DNA of 24,000 nucleotides from Candidatus Methanomethylicus mesodigestus (GCA_001717005.1 MAGS01000019.1:14978-38977), one strand, 5' to 3'. Positions 8,529-18,353 are shown, counted from the stretch's first letter. Notes: generated by a model from the letters alone, not told the origin. Numbers and translations: made by a program.

Positions 8529-8792
8529 ATGCCAAGAATCGCAATAAGACCAAAAGCCGTGATTAACTTGGGAGGGTGGGTATGCGAACGCAAGCTGACC
8601 ATCCCCTACCGCGATTACGTTATAGGCAACCCGTTCGATGAGCCGGTGAAGATATCCTCGCCGATCTATACTATGGATGACATCAAAGCCATCGAAGACT
8701 TGGGGCTTATCGTTGAGCCGGTAGCCGCAACTGATCGGCTCGTGGACAAGCTGAACAAGGTGAAGGCATTAATCGAGACCAACTTGGCATGA
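8529..8792 (+). CDS. Small soluble protein of unknown function at the hydrogenase/ATP synthase junction
   Basis: 87 aa from ATG 8529 (GGTGG lies 9 nt upstream; the track's TTG 8496 overlaps the previous gene). Hydrophilic with no Cys motif. No family recognised. Confidence 0.5.
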   Translation: MPRIAIRPKAVINLGGWVCERKLTIPYRDYVIGNPFDEPVKISSPIYTMDDIKAIEDLGLIVEPVAATDRLVDKLNKVKALIETNLA

Positions 8793-8823
8793 TGCTCTTT
8801 TGAGCGGCTACGGGGGATTCCAG

Positions 8824-9123
8824 ATGCGGATCATCTTTGTCGGAAGCACCTTGCTTGCGGATGGCTACAGGATGGCTGGCGTGGAGCCCGTACCGGTAGC
8901 TACGCCCGACGAGATGCTGAGCGAGATCCAGCCCCTGTTGAGGCGCGAGGACGCCGGAATCATTCTTCTGGATTACGATTTCTCATCAAAGATCAAGGGC
9001 GATCTCGATAAACTACGGTCAAAGCGCGCGATGCCAATCCTCGTTGAAGTCCCGGGGAGGCATCTGTCCGCCGAGGTCGACCTAAAATCCACATTAAGCA
9101 AGATAATGGGTGTGAAGATGTGA
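8824..9123 (+). CDS. atpF: A-type (V-type) ATP synthase subunit F
   Basis: 99 aa. MRIIFVGSTLLADGYRMAGVEPV...DAGIILLDYDF...MPILVEVPG matches the AtpF pattern. ATG 8824 is preceded by GGGGGA. Confidence 0.8.
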   Translation: MRIIFVGSTLLADGYRMAGVEPVPVATPDEMLSEIQPLLRREDAGIILLDYDFSSKIKGDLDKLRSKRAMPILVEVPGRHLSAEVDLKSTLSKIMGVKM

Positions 9124-9725
9124 GCTCAATCAATGCATCCCAGTCTGATGGCCTCAAGCGTCTGATCGATGCGCTCTTCGAGGAGTCAAGGACTAAGGCA
9201 GAATCGGCGATCTATGACGCGGAGAGCAGGTCGCGTTCTATCCTGTCCGAGTCCGAGAAGTACTCGCTGAAGAAGGCCGAGGAGACGCTCAGTTCCTATG
9301 CTTCGATGGCAACGATTGAGTCTAGGAAGGAAGTCTCCAAGGCGGAGATCGAGGCTCGGATGTCGATGCTGCGCATGAAGAGCGACTACGTGGAGCGCGT
9401 CTTCGACGCTGCGAAGGTCCATCTTCTAGAATACACCGGATCCAAGGAGTACCTCTCGCGGCTTGCGAAGAGCATCCCCGCAGCAAGTGAGCGGATCGAT
9501 GCTGGCGAACTCCTCCTCAGCCAGCGTGACATCGACGCACTGGGAGCCAAGCTCAAGCGGATTGCCGGCAAGGGTGTGGCAGTCAGCCCCGCGAACATCG
9601 GGATAGGCGGCTTCATACTCGTCTCGAAAGACGGCAAGCTGTCGATCGACCGGACATTGGACGGCATGCTCTCCTCACAGAAGGAGAAGCTGCGCGGAAA
9701 AATTGCAGATGCACTGTTCAGGTGA
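9120..9725 (+). CDS. atpE: A-type ATP synthase subunit E (peripheral stalk)
   Basis: 201 aa. Charged coiled-coil N-terminal half and globular C-terminal half ending ...[12 protein letters not shown]. Position just before atpA. GTG start in a GTGA overlap. Confidence 0.75.
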   Translation: MSSINASQSDGLKRLIDALFEESRTKAESAIYDAESRSRSILSESEKYSLKKAEETLSSYASMATIESRKEVSKAEIEARMSMLRMKSDYVERVFDAAKVHLLEYTGSKEYLSRLAKSIPAASERIDAGELLLSQRDIDALGAKLKRIAGKGVAVSPANIGIGGFILVSKDGKLSIDRTLDGMLSSQKEKLRGKIADALFR

Positions 9726-11494
9726 TTCAGATGGCCATACAAGGAAAAATCGACAAGATTAGCGGCCCAGTAGTCCAGGCCGAGGGCGTATCGGGCCTGG
9801 AGATGCACGAGCTCACGATGGTTGGAGATGCCGAGCTCATAGGTGAGGTGGTGAGGATTGAGGGGACCTCTGCCACGATCCAGGTCTATGAGGAGACTGG
9901 CGGCCTCAAGCCCGGTGAAAAGGTGGTCGGGTCGGGCATGCCCCTGTCCGTCGAACTCGGTCCGGGTCTGCTGCAGAGCATCTACGACGGCATACAGCGA
10001 CCGCTGGACGTCATCAAGAATCTTACTGGCGACTTCATCGCTAGGGGCGTTAAGACGCCTGCCCTCTCGCGTACAGCGAAGTGGCATTTCGTTCCAACCG
10101 CGAAGGTTGGCGACAGCGTCATCGGCGGGGCGGTCTTGGGAACCGTACAGGAAACGCCTCTCTTCCAGCACCGGATACTTGTGCCGCCGAACGTAAGCGG
10201 AACCATCGCTGAGATCGCCGAAGAAGGCGATTACGTGATAGAACAAGTAATCTGCAGGCTGCGGGGGAAAGAGAAGGGCGTCACCGAACTGAAGCTTTAC
10301 CACAGGTGGCCGGTGAGGGAGCCGCGCCCTTACATCGAGAGGCTCGAGCCATCCGACCCGCTCATCACAGGCCAGAGGATCATCGATACCTTCTTCCCTG
10401 TCGCAAAGGGCGGCGCGGTCGCAATACCCGGCGGCTTCGGCACCGGAAAGACCATCACGTCGCACCAGCTTGCTGCATGGTCTGACGCAGAGATAATCGT
10501 CTACATAGGCTGCGGCGAGCGCGGTAACGAGATGACTGAGGTGCTTCTGACCTTCCCGGAGTGGAAGGACCCTAAGAGCGGAAGGCCGCTGATGGAGCGG
10601 ACCGTCCTGATCGCAAACACCTCAAACATGCCTGTCTCCGCGAGGGAGGCGAGCATCTACACCGGCGTGACTATCGCCGAGTACTTCCGCGATATGGGAT
10701 ACAACGTGGCGATCATGGCCGACTCCACTAGCCGTTGGGCCGAGGCCCTCAGGGAGCTCTCGGGGCGGCTCGAGGAGATGCCCGCCGAGGAGGGCTATCC
10801 ATCGTACCTCTCGTCAAGGCTTGGCGAGTTCTACGAGCGGGCGGGAAGGGTCAAGGCCCTCAATGAACAGCTGGGCTCAGTCACTCTCATCGGTGCAGTC
10901 TCCCCCCCTGGTGGCGACTTCTCGGAGCCGGTAACAGTGCACACCAAGCGGTTCGTCAGGACCTTCTGGGCCCTTGACAGCGCCCTCGCGAGCATGAGGC
11001 ACTACCCTGCCATCAACTGGCTCACCAGCTACTCTGAGTATACCGATTATGTCGAGAACTGGTGGAACGCCTTGACTAACGGGCTGTGGCGCCAGAGCAC
11101 GATCAAGGCAATGGACGTCCTGAAGAGGGAGGACGACCTCAAGGAGGTGATCAGGCTGGTGGGATCCGAGTCGCTGCCTGAGAACGAGAAGCTCGTGATG
11201 GAGGTCGCCAGGATGCTCAGGGAGGGCTTCCTGCAGCAGAATGCTTACGACCCTATAGACACCTACTCCTCGCCTGAGAAGCAGTTCAAGCTGCTCACGG
11301 CGATACTCTCGTTCTACGAAAATTCCACTAAGGCCGTATCTAAGGGCGTGCCCGTCTCGCGGATCATGGCGCTGCCCTCGCTCGCGGACATCTTCAAGCT
11401 CAGGATGTCCGTCCCGGGTGACAAGATCGACCTCATTGACAAGACTATCAACAAAATTAACTCCGACCTCAGCTCATTGGAGGGTAAATCCTGA
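9722..11494 (+). CDS. atpA: A-type ATP synthase catalytic subunit A
   Basis: 590 aa. P-loop PGGFGTGKT, plus [35 protein letters not shown] and [11 protein letters not shown]. Normal length, so no intein. The start is GTG 9722 or ATG 9731. Confidence 0.97.
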   Translation: MIQMAIQGKIDKISGPVVQAEGVSGLEMHELTMVGDAELIGEVVRIEGTSATIQVYEETGGLKPGEKVVGSGMPLSVELGPGLLQSIYDGIQRPLDVIKNLTGDFIARGVKTPALSRTAKWHFVPTAKVGDSVIGGAVLGTVQETPLFQHRILVPPNVSGTIAEIAEEGDYVIEQVICRLRGKEKGVTELKLYHRWPVREPRPYIERLEPSDPLITGQRIIDTFFPVAKGGAVAIPGGFGTGKTITSHQLAAWSDAEIIVYIGCGERGNEMTEVLLTFPEWKDPKSGRPLMERTVLIANTSNMPVSAREASIYTGVTIAEYFRDMGYNVAIMADSTSRWAEALRELSGRLEEMPAEEGYPSYLSSRLGEFYERAGRVKALNEQLGSVTLIGAVSPPGGDFSEPVTVHTKRFVRTFWALDSALASMRHYPAINWLTSYSEYTDYVENWWNALTNGLWRQSTIKAMDVLKREDDLKEVIRLVGSESLPENEKLVMEVARMLREGFLQQNAYDPIDTYSSPEKQFKLLTAILSFYENSTKAVSKGVPVSRIMALPSLADIFKLRMSVPGDKIDLIDKTINKINSDLSSLEGKS

Positions 11495-12873
11495 TGACCG
11501 ACTCAATAGAATACCGTGGAGTGCACAAAATCAGCGGCCCCCTCATATTCGTGGAGGGCATCACGGGCGTTGGATTCAACGAGCTGGCCGAGATCAGGGG
11601 CGATGACGGCGAGACCCGGCGCGGGAGGGTCCTCGAGATATCCTCCGGCGTCGCTGCCGTCGAGGTATTCGAGGGCACAACAGGCCTCTCGACCACATCG
11701 ACATCCGTGAAGTTCCTTGGCAGGCCGCTCACCATACCCCTCTCGACCGAGATGCTCGGGCGCGTCTTCAACGGCCTGGGCGAACCGGCAGACGGCGGCC
11801 CGGTGCCATTCACAGAGGACTACAGGGACGTCAACGGGCTGCCCATGAATCCGTACTCACGGGACTACCCGACGCAGTTCATACAGACCGGCGTCTCGGC
11901 GATAGACGGCATGGACACACTCGTCAGGGGGCAGAAGCTGCCAATATTCTCCGGCTCAGGTCTTCCGCACAACCTGCTCGCCACGCAGATCGCAAGGCAG
12001 GCTACGATCAGGGGCGAGAAGGAGGGCTTCGCTGTGGTATTCGCCGCGATGGGGATCAAGCACGACGAAGCCGCCTTCTTCAAGAGGAGCTTTGAGGAGT
12101 CGGGCGCGCTGAAGAACTCCGCCATATTCCTCAACCTGGCAGACGACCCCGCAGTCGAGCGTCTGGTAACGCCGAGGAGCGCACTCACGCTCGCGGAGTA
12201 CCTTGCGTTCGAGCAGGACATGCACGTCCTGGTTGTCATAACCGACATGACAAACTACGCGGAGGCGTTGAGGGAGATCAGCGCGGCAAGGGAGGAGGTG
12301 CCCAGCAGGAAGGGCTACCCCGGATACATGTACAGCGACTTCGCATCCATATACGAGCGCGCGGGGAGGATCAAGGGCAGGAAGGGGAGCATAACGCAGA
12401 TGCCCGTCCTCACGATGCCCAACGACGATATCACCCACCCCATCCCTGACCTCACCGGATACATCACCGAGGGCCAGATCGTGGTCGACAGGGACCTCCA
12501 CAGGCGGGGCATATACCCTCCGGTCAACATCCTGCCGAGCCTCTCCAGGCTCATGAAGGACGGCATCGGCAAGGGCAAGACAAGGGAAGACCACGGCCAG
12601 GTGACGAGCCAGCTCTACTCGGCCTACTCCAAGGCGCAGGAGCTCCGGTCGCTCAGCGCCATCATAGGCGAGGAGGGCATGACCGACAAGGACCGGGACT
12701 ACCTCAAGTTCGGGGAGGCATACGAGCAGCGCTTCCTCAGGCAGAAGTTCGACGAGAACCGGACCCTCGAGACGACCCTTGATCTGGCGTGGCAGATGCT
12801 CTCTGTTCTGCCCGAGTCCGAGTTGTCAAGGATATCTGACAAATACGTGAAGGCATACTACAAGAGATCATGA
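11494..12873 (+). CDS. atpB: A-type ATP synthase subunit B
   Basis: 459 aa. Contains [53 protein letters not shown] and [21 protein letters not shown]. The ATG shares 1 nt with the atpA stop. Confidence 0.97.
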   Translation: MTDSIEYRGVHKISGPLIFVEGITGVGFNELAEIRGDDGETRRGRVLEISSGVAAVEVFEGTTGLSTTSTSVKFLGRPLTIPLSTEMLGRVFNGLGEPADGGPVPFTEDYRDVNGLPMNPYSRDYPTQFIQTGVSAIDGMDTLVRGQKLPIFSGSGLPHNLLATQIARQATIRGEKEGFAVVFAAMGIKHDEAAFFKRSFEESGALKNSAIFLNLADDPAVERLVTPRSALTLAEYLAFEQDMHVLVVITDMTNYAEALREISAAREEVPSRKGYPGYMYSDFASIYERAGRIKGRKGSITQMPVLTMPNDDITHPIPDLTGYITEGQIVVDRDLHRRGIYPPVNILPSLSRLMKDGIGKGKTREDHGQVTSQLYSAYSKAQELRSLSAIIGEEGMTDKDRDYLKFGEAYEQRFLRQKFDENRTLETTLDLAWQMLSVLPESELSRISDKYVKAYYKRS

Positions 12874-12893
12874 TGGTTGCGGAGTGAATCCCC

Positions 12894-13523
12894 TTGTCTA
12901 CGAAAGCCGCCCCCTCGAAGATGAACCTCATACGCTTCAGGAGGACCCTCTCCTTCCTCAGGCGGGCGCATGACCTGCTGGAGGAGAAGCGGGACATCCT
13001 GCTGCTGGAGGTCAGCAGGCGCCTCGGGGAGGCGACAAAGGTCAGGGGGGAGCTCAACGCCGTACTGAAGAGCGCCTACGCATCGCAAGATGCCGCGGCC
13101 ACCGCGGTGGGGACCGACGAGCTGAAAAAGATATCCGAGTCTCCAATCGCGACTTTTCAGGTCAACGCCTCAAACAAGAAGATAATGGGCGTGACAACCT
13201 TAGCGCTTGAACTGACGGATCTTAAGCGGTCCCTCACATACAGCATATCTCGACCGACCGTCCTCATAGACGACGCCGCCGAGAAGTTCCTCGAAGCGAT
13301 ACCCGTGATCGTCAGAGTAGCCGAGCTCGAGAGCACCCTCATCAATCTGGTCGAGGAGGTCAAGAGGACGCAGAGGCGCATAAACGCGCTCGAGCAGTTT
13401 CTGATACCCCGGTACGAAGAGACTGTCCTGCTGATAGCGGGCATCCTCGAGGAGAGGGACAGGGAGGAGTTCGTCAGGGTCAAGAAGGTAAAATCCTTGA
13501 TAGAGAAACGAGCACAAAGGTGA
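12894..13523 (+). CDS. atpD: A-type ATP synthase subunit D (central stalk)
   Basis: 209 aa. The N-terminus PSKMNLIRFRRTLSFLRRAHDLLEEKRDILL fits the AtpD PTR..L..lk..l..a..g..LLk.Kr pattern. TTG start with GGAGTG 8 nt upstream; alternative ATG at 12921. Confidence 0.85.
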   Translation: MSTKAAPSKMNLIRFRRTLSFLRRAHDLLEEKRDILLLEVSRRLGEATKVRGELNAVLKSAYASQDAAATAVGTDELKKISESPIATFQVNASNKKIMGVTTLALELTDLKRSLTYSISRPTVLIDDAAEKFLEAIPVIVRVAELESTLINLVEEVKRTQRRINALEQFLIPRYEETVLLIAGILEERDREEFVRVKKVKSLIEKRAQR

Positions 13524-13528
13524 CCTAG

Positions 13529-14061
<533 letters not shown>

Positions 14062-14077
14062 CCCTGGGTGCGATCTG

Positions 14078-16039
14078 ATGCTACGCCCGGTAGGAATGTC
14101 GCACGCTTCCGTCATTTTTCTAAAGTCTGACGTTGAGGAAGCGATGAGCACTCTTAATTCCTACGGGGCGTTCCATCTCTCCCTAAAGGAGATCGAGGGG
14201 CAGAACCCCTCACAACTGATCGAGAGGGCACAGGACCTCGGCAACAGGGTGAAGGATCTCTTAGGCAGGGCAGCATCGATACTCGGGGACTCCCCTTCAG
14301 ATGCAGGGCGCGGCGCTCCAGTCGTCTCTCAGGAGTGGGGTGCACTCTTCGACCAGATCGACTCGGAGCTTGGCCCATATGAAAAGGAGGTCCGGTCCAT
14401 CGAATCGGTCGTCAGCCGCCAGCACCAATCGCAGTCGGCGCTCCAGGCATGGAAATCCATCTCCGCAGAGTTGGATGGGATATCCGGCCTAGACTCTCTC
14501 CCCGAGTTCAGGAGGCTGAAGCTCCTCTTCCTTGCTCCCAAGGGCGCCTTGGAGGCGAAGGTAGAACCTGAGCTCCCCAAGGAGGCGCTTCTGGTGCACC
14601 GGTTTGCGGCCGTGCCGGTCTTCCTTGTGGCGTGCAGGAGCGGGGACGAGGCGGAGGTGCTCCACGCCGCAGAGGAGTCCGAATTCAAGCAGCTCGACAG
14701 AATTGATGGCATGCCAAGCAGGCTAGGCGAGCTCGCGCAGTTCCTGTCCAAGTTCGAGTCCGATCTGCAGTCCGAGTCAGTGCGGAATGAGGCGTCGATA
14801 AAGTCGCTGCGCCGCATAAAGCCTAGGATAGACTATTTCTCAACCGTACTCTCAGACGCAAACGCCGTCCTTGACATCAAGAACAGGTCTGCGATCGAGA
14901 AGAACTGGGCTATGATCGAGGGGTTCGTGCCGACCAAGAAGGTCGAGCCGCTCAACAGGGCGCTCTCGGAGAGCCTCGGCGGGCGGTTCATACCATTCAT
15001 CAAGGTCGAGAGGGACGCGCCGCAGACGCCGGTGACCTATCACTACCCCAAATTCCTCAGGATCTTCGACTCGATAACAAACCTATACGGGACGCCATCC
15101 TACAACGAGATAAACCCGACGCCCATACTCGCGGTGACCTTCCCGCTCTTCTTCGGCCTCATGTTTGGGGACCTGGGGCACGGGCTAGCCCTGGCCGCCA
15201 TCGGCGCATTCATGTACAAGAGAGTGAAGTCGATGAGGGGCATCGGGCACGTCCTCATGATCGCGGGGCTTGCGGGCGCGCTCGTAGGCGGTCTATTGTA
15301 TGGCGAGGTCTTCGGAAAGGCGATCTCCAACTATCTGCCCTACCATGCGCCCCTCCACATCCCGGAGGGCGAGGCCGAGTTTCTGTCGTACCTGATGCAG
15401 ATCATCAAGCTGACCCTCTTCATAGGCATAGGCCAGATCTCTCTGGGGCTGGGCCTATCCATAGCGAACAACTTCATCCAGCGTAAGTGGGCCGAGGCGT
15501 TCCTCGTGAGGGTCCCCAAGCTTCTGTTCTACTTCGCCCTCATGTATGTCGTCTTCACAACCCGCCTGGAGATCATGACGTGGTTCGACGGGCCTATCTA
15601 CCTCATTCTGGCGCCCGTCCTCTTCCTGCTGCTCGCCTCGCCGATTTACGCCATGGTCAAGCATGGGAGGCGCGAGGGGCTGGGCCATCTGGGCGAGATG
15701 GGGTTCGACCTCTTCGAGACCGCAATCGCATTCACGTCAAATACCGTCTCTTATCTCCGAATCTTCGCAATGGTAATCGCACACATCGAGCTCATGGCAG
15801 TCTTCTACAGCCTCGCGGCGATGACTGCCGGCGCGCAGTTCGGCTTCCTCTTCTCGGGGCTTCTCATCGTGGCCGGCAACATCTTCGTCGTGCTGCTTGA
15901 GGGAATTTTGGCGCTTGCTCAGGACCTGAGGCTGCACTTCTACGAGTGGTTCAGCAAGTTCTACCAGGACAGCGGGGTCCGGTTCTCGCCGTTCAGGCTC
16001 GCGCTGGGCGTGCCGGTCTCAAAGAAGGCTGCCCAGTGA
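14078..16039 (+). CDS. atpI: A-type ATP synthase subunit I (a-subunit, stator/ion channel)
   Basis: 653 aa. MLRPVGMSHASVIF is the typical MLRPe.Ms N-terminus. Soluble N-terminal half of about 330 aa and polytopic C-terminal half with YLRIFAMVIAHIELM (the conserved Arg helix). Confidence 0.9.
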   Translation: MLRPVGMSHASVIFLKSDVEEAMSTLNSYGAFHLSLKEIEGQNPSQLIERAQDLGNRVKDLLGRAASILGDSPSDAGRGAPVVSQEWGALFDQIDSELGPYEKEVRSIESVVSRQHQSQSALQAWKSISAELDGISGLDSLPEFRRLKLLFLAPKGALEAKVEPELPKEALLVHRFAAVPVFLVACRSGDEAEVLHAAEESEFKQLDRIDGMPSRLGELAQFLSKFESDLQSESVRNEASIKSLRRIKPRIDYFSTVLSDANAVLDIKNRSAIEKNWAMIEGFVPTKKVEPLNRALSESLGGRFIPFIKVERDAPQTPVTYHYPKFLRIFDSITNLYGTPSYNEINPTPILAVTFPLFFGLMFGDLGHGLALAAIGAFMYKRVKSMRGIGHVLMIAGLAGALVGGLLYGEVFGKAISNYLPYHAPLHIPEGEAEFLSYLMQIIKLTLFIGIGQISLGLGLSIANNFIQRKWAEAFLVRVPKLLFYFALMYVVFTTRLEIMTWFDGPIYLILAPVLFLLLASPIYAMVKHGRREGLGHLGEMGFDLFETAIAFTSNTVSYLRIFAMVIAHIELMAVFYSLAAMTAGAQFGFLFSGLLIVAGNIFVVLLEGILALAQDLRLHFYEWFSKFYQDSGVRFSPFRLALGVPVSKKAAQ

Positions 16040-16063
16040 GCCACTAAGGGCTCATGTGCAGCT

Positions 16064-16078
16064 AAAAATTCCTAAAAA
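16064..16078 (-). terminator. Oligo-T terminator candidate for the minus-strand atpC unit
   Basis: Plus-strand AAAAATTCCTAAAAA gives two T5 runs on the minus strand, 11-25 nt after the atpC stop (16089-16091). No comparable T-run occurs on the plus strand after atpI. Confidence 0.4.
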
Positions 16079-16088
16079 TCTGACCAGA

Positions 16089-17036
16089 TCAAATCAGGTA
16101 GCTCTGGACCAGGCTCTTCTGGTCCACGCCGCGCTCGATGGCATTCGCAACCCTGATGAGGTTGCCGACCTCGTTGGACTTCAGCTCCAGGTATCCGAGG
16201 ATCGCGCCGATCTCCCCGTAACCTTTGTAGTAAGCCCTCTGCAGCTGTGCTGCTATCCTCTTCTCGTACTCCCTCTCGAGCTCCCTGGGCGTCTCTGCCT
16301 TGGGGACTCCTTTGCCCTCCAGATATGCGAATGCCTTGGCTTGGGTGCCTGCCTTGAGCGCCTCCACGAGTTCCGCCCTCCTGAGCGCCCCCTCTTTCAC
16401 CAGGAGCACCTCCTCAATGGCCTTGGGATCTATGCCGTTCTTCAGCCCCCTCAGAATCGTGACGACGTTGTAGAGGTCGACCTTGAGCCTCAGGTAACCC
16501 AGAAGCGGCTCCCCCTCCCCCTTCATCCCCTCAAGGAAAGTTGCCAGCTTAATGAGCCTGCACCTTACGAATACCGACTCGATAAGCGCAGGGACCGGAT
16601 GCTTCGCATACAGTTTCTCGGCGGCCTCCGCCTCCTCGCCGTACCCCATCCTCTTCAGCGCCTTGAGCGCATCCTGCTTGCCCTGCTTCTTCAGCGGAGT
16701 CTTCACCTGGGCCTCGCCTATTACCCCCAAGTGCCACTTCAGAAGCTCCACCGCCTCTCCCTCCTGCGCCTGCCTCTTGATCAGCGTGAAGAAGTCTGCC
16801 GCCTCCGGGGTGACCTTCGCGAACTCGTCAACCTCCTTGAAGAAGCCCTCCTTCAGGACCGCCTCATACTCCACGAGGTCCGCAGACGCATTGGCTAGGT
16901 CGGGGTAGTTTGGCTTGATCCGGTTGATCACGTCCTTCAGTTCCTTCTGCGAAGCCAGCTCCATAATCTGCTGCTCTGTCAGGAGCTTCCCCTTACGCCC
17001 CGACGCCTTGACGGCAGCATACGTGAAGTCCGGCAT
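16089..17036 (-). CDS. atpC: A-type ATP synthase subunit C (d-type rotor/stator coupling subunit)
   Basis: 315 aa from ATG 17036 (GGAGGAG upstream; the track's longer 337-aa form starts inside atpH). Helical protein whose C-terminus ELKSNEVGNLIRVANAIERG fits the conserved AtpC E..E..Nlr motif. Confidence 0.78.
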   Translation of the reverse strand: MPDFTYAAVKASGRKGKLLTEQQIMELASQKELKDVINRIKPNYPDLANASADLVEYEAVLKEGFFKEVDEFAKVTPEAADFFTLIKRQAQEGEAVELLKWHLGVIGEAQVKTPLKKQGKQDALKALKRMGYGEEAEAAEKLYAKHPVPALIESVFVRCRLIKLATFLEGMKGEGEPLLGYLRLKVDLYNVVTILRGLKNGIDPKAIEEVLLVKEGALRRAELVEALKAGTQAKAFAYLEGKGVPKAETPRELEREYEKRIAAQLQRAYYKGYGEIGAILGYLELKSNEVGNLIRVANAIERGVDQKSLVQSYLI

Positions 17037-17041
17037 TCTGC

Positions 17042-17374
17042 CTACTCCTCCTCGGTCGAGCCCATGCTGCTCGCAGTTGCCTTGACCACGTCGTCGACGC
17101 ACGAGTCGAAGTTCTTCTTCGCCTTCGCCTCTGCATCGGCAGCCCTGTCTCTGCCATCCTTCATTATCTTCGAGGCCTCCTCCTTCGCTTCCGCCACCTT
17201 CTTTGAGAGCATGGCCTCTCCCGCCGCCTTGGCCTTTGAGCTCAGGTCAGACTCTATCTTACGGCTCTCGGCCTCTGCAGCCTTGACCAGCTCCGCTGCC
17301 TTCTCCTTCCCTTCAGCCTCGATGCCATCCGCCGCAATCTCCGCCTCTTTCAAAGCCTTCAATACTTTGTCCAT
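17042..17374 (-). CDS. atpH: A-type ATP synthase subunit H (peripheral stalk coiled coil)
   Basis: 110 aa. Ala/Glu/Lys-rich coiled coil (MDKVLKALKEAEIAADGIEAEGKEKAAELVKAAEAESRKIE...). Size, composition and adjacency to atpC fit archaeal AtpH. Confidence 0.68.
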   Translation of the reverse strand: MDKVLKALKEAEIAADGIEAEGKEKAAELVKAAEAESRKIESDLSSKAKAAGEAMLSKKVAEAKEEASKIMKDGRDRAADAEAKAKKNFDSCVDDVVKATASSMGSTEEE

Positions 17375-17375
17375 G

Positions 17376-18152
17376 TCAATACCTTCTTGCTGAAACTATA
17401 TACCCCGTATGGCCTACCATCACCATATCGGGCCTCGTCTCATTATACTTTACCTTGTAAGTCCTCATTATGAGCTCAAGCGCCTTCACATTGACGAAGC
17501 CTGCCGCGTTCAGCGCCTCGACAGTCTTCTCGACTTGGTTGATCGTCGGGCTGAAGCTGACGACCCTGCCGCCCATCCTCAGTGCCCCCTTGACCTTATC
17601 GATGATCATCCACGGCGTCGCCATGTCAAGGACAACCGCATCGACCTCCGTCTCGTCGATCCCCGTGGTGATGTCCTTCAGCTTCATCTCCACATACGGT
17701 GTGAGCCTAAGCTTCTCGAGGTTCTTCCGCGCATTCGCCTGGAATTCCTCCCTCACCTCATATGTATAGACCCTGCCTGTCGGTGCGACATGGGTTGCCA
17801 GGTAGCTGGTAAGCGCCCCGCTGCCGGTCCCGCACTCGACCACCCTCGACCCTGGCTTGACATTTGCCAGCATGGTTATCAGCGCGGTGTCCTTCGGATA
17901 GATTACCTGCGTCCTCCTCATTATCCTCTCGAGGTGGTCCAGGTAGTCCGAGGGGATCACCCTGAGCGTTGACCCGAGGGTCGTCCTCACCTCCGTCCCG
18001 TAGGGCTTTCCAATCAGCCCTTCAAGGTCGACCAGGCCCCTGTGGGTGTGGAACTTCTTCCCCCCCTCTATCCTGACTAGCCAGCTCTTCTTCTCGTTGA
18101 CGTAGAGGATCGCCTCGTCGCCCTCCGCAATGAGCTTGGGGTCGCCGGACAT
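17376..18152 (-). CDS. trmI: tRNA (adenine-N1)-methyltransferase, TrmI/GCD14 family
   Basis: 258 aa. N-terminal beta-domain (ILYVNEKKSWLVRIEGGKKFHTHRGLVDLEGLIGKPYG), then RRTQVIYPKDTALI and the SAM motif VVECGTGSGALT, ending ..HTGYIVSARRY. This is typical of the family. Confidence 0.85.
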   Translation of the reverse strand: MSGDPKLIAEGDEAILYVNEKKSWLVRIEGGKKFHTHRGLVDLEGLIGKPYGTEVRTTLGSTLRVIPSDYLDHLERIMRRTQVIYPKDTALITMLANVKPGSRVVECGTGSGALTSYLATHVAPTGRVYTYEVREEFQANARKNLEKLRLTPYVEMKLKDITTGIDETEVDAVVLDMATPWMIIDKVKGALRMGGRVVSFSPTINQVEKTVEALNAAGFVNVKALELIMRTYKVKYNETRPDMVMVGHTGYIVSARRY

Positions 18153-18185
18153 AATGGTTTGCCGTATTCGATTTCGACGCTCTCA

Positions 18186-18193
18186 GATATTAA
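18186..18193 (-). promoter_or_regulatory. Candidate TATA box for the trmI-atpH-atpC unit
   Basis: Minus-strand TTTAATAT, with its 3' end 33 nt upstream of the trmI ATG (18152). This is consistent with a TATA at about -26 and a leader of about 10 nt. Confidence 0.4.
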
Positions 18194-18335
18194 ATGTATT
18201 GGTGGGCGTCCCTGACCCGCACGGGCGGCAGCTGCCGTCTGCACTGCCTTATGCGCCTCCCTGCCGCCCCGATTCCTCTCTGCCTGCGTCTAAATGAAAA
18301 TCGAAAATGCTTACCAAACGACTGCGGATAATATG

Positions 18336-18353
18336 TTTTTTATAGTATTATTG
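18336..18353 (+). promoter_or_regulatory. Candidate TATA-box region for acyP
   Basis: AT-rich TTTTTTATAGTATTATTG lies 43-60 nt upstream of ATG 18396. Confidence 0.35.

Noticed and set aside
7753-8602. 264-aa plus-strand off-frame ORF and 173-aa minus-strand ORF over the NuoH-like gene
   Set aside because: Their composition is Arg/His/Gly/Glu-rich. There is no start context, and they lie fully inside a gene with a clear NuoH signature.
9386-10465. 359-aa minus-strand ORF antisense to atpE/atpA
   Set aside because: This is a shadow ORF in GC-rich coding DNA. Its translation is Arg/Leu/Pro/Asp-rich with no motif, while the plus-strand frame carries unmistakable ATP synthase A-subunit motifs (P-loop GGFGTGKT and others).
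9722-11494. Possible intein in the ATP synthase A subunit (known in some archaea)
   Set aside because: The protein is 590 aa, the conserved motifs are contiguous, and there is no insertion after the P-loop region.
16056-16898. 280-aa plus-strand ORF (also 16552-16908) overlapping atpC
   Set aside because: Its translation is a Leu/Pro/Arg-rich, low-information sequence. The minus strand encodes a well-formed AtpC with RBS and operon context, so this is an antisense shadow frame.
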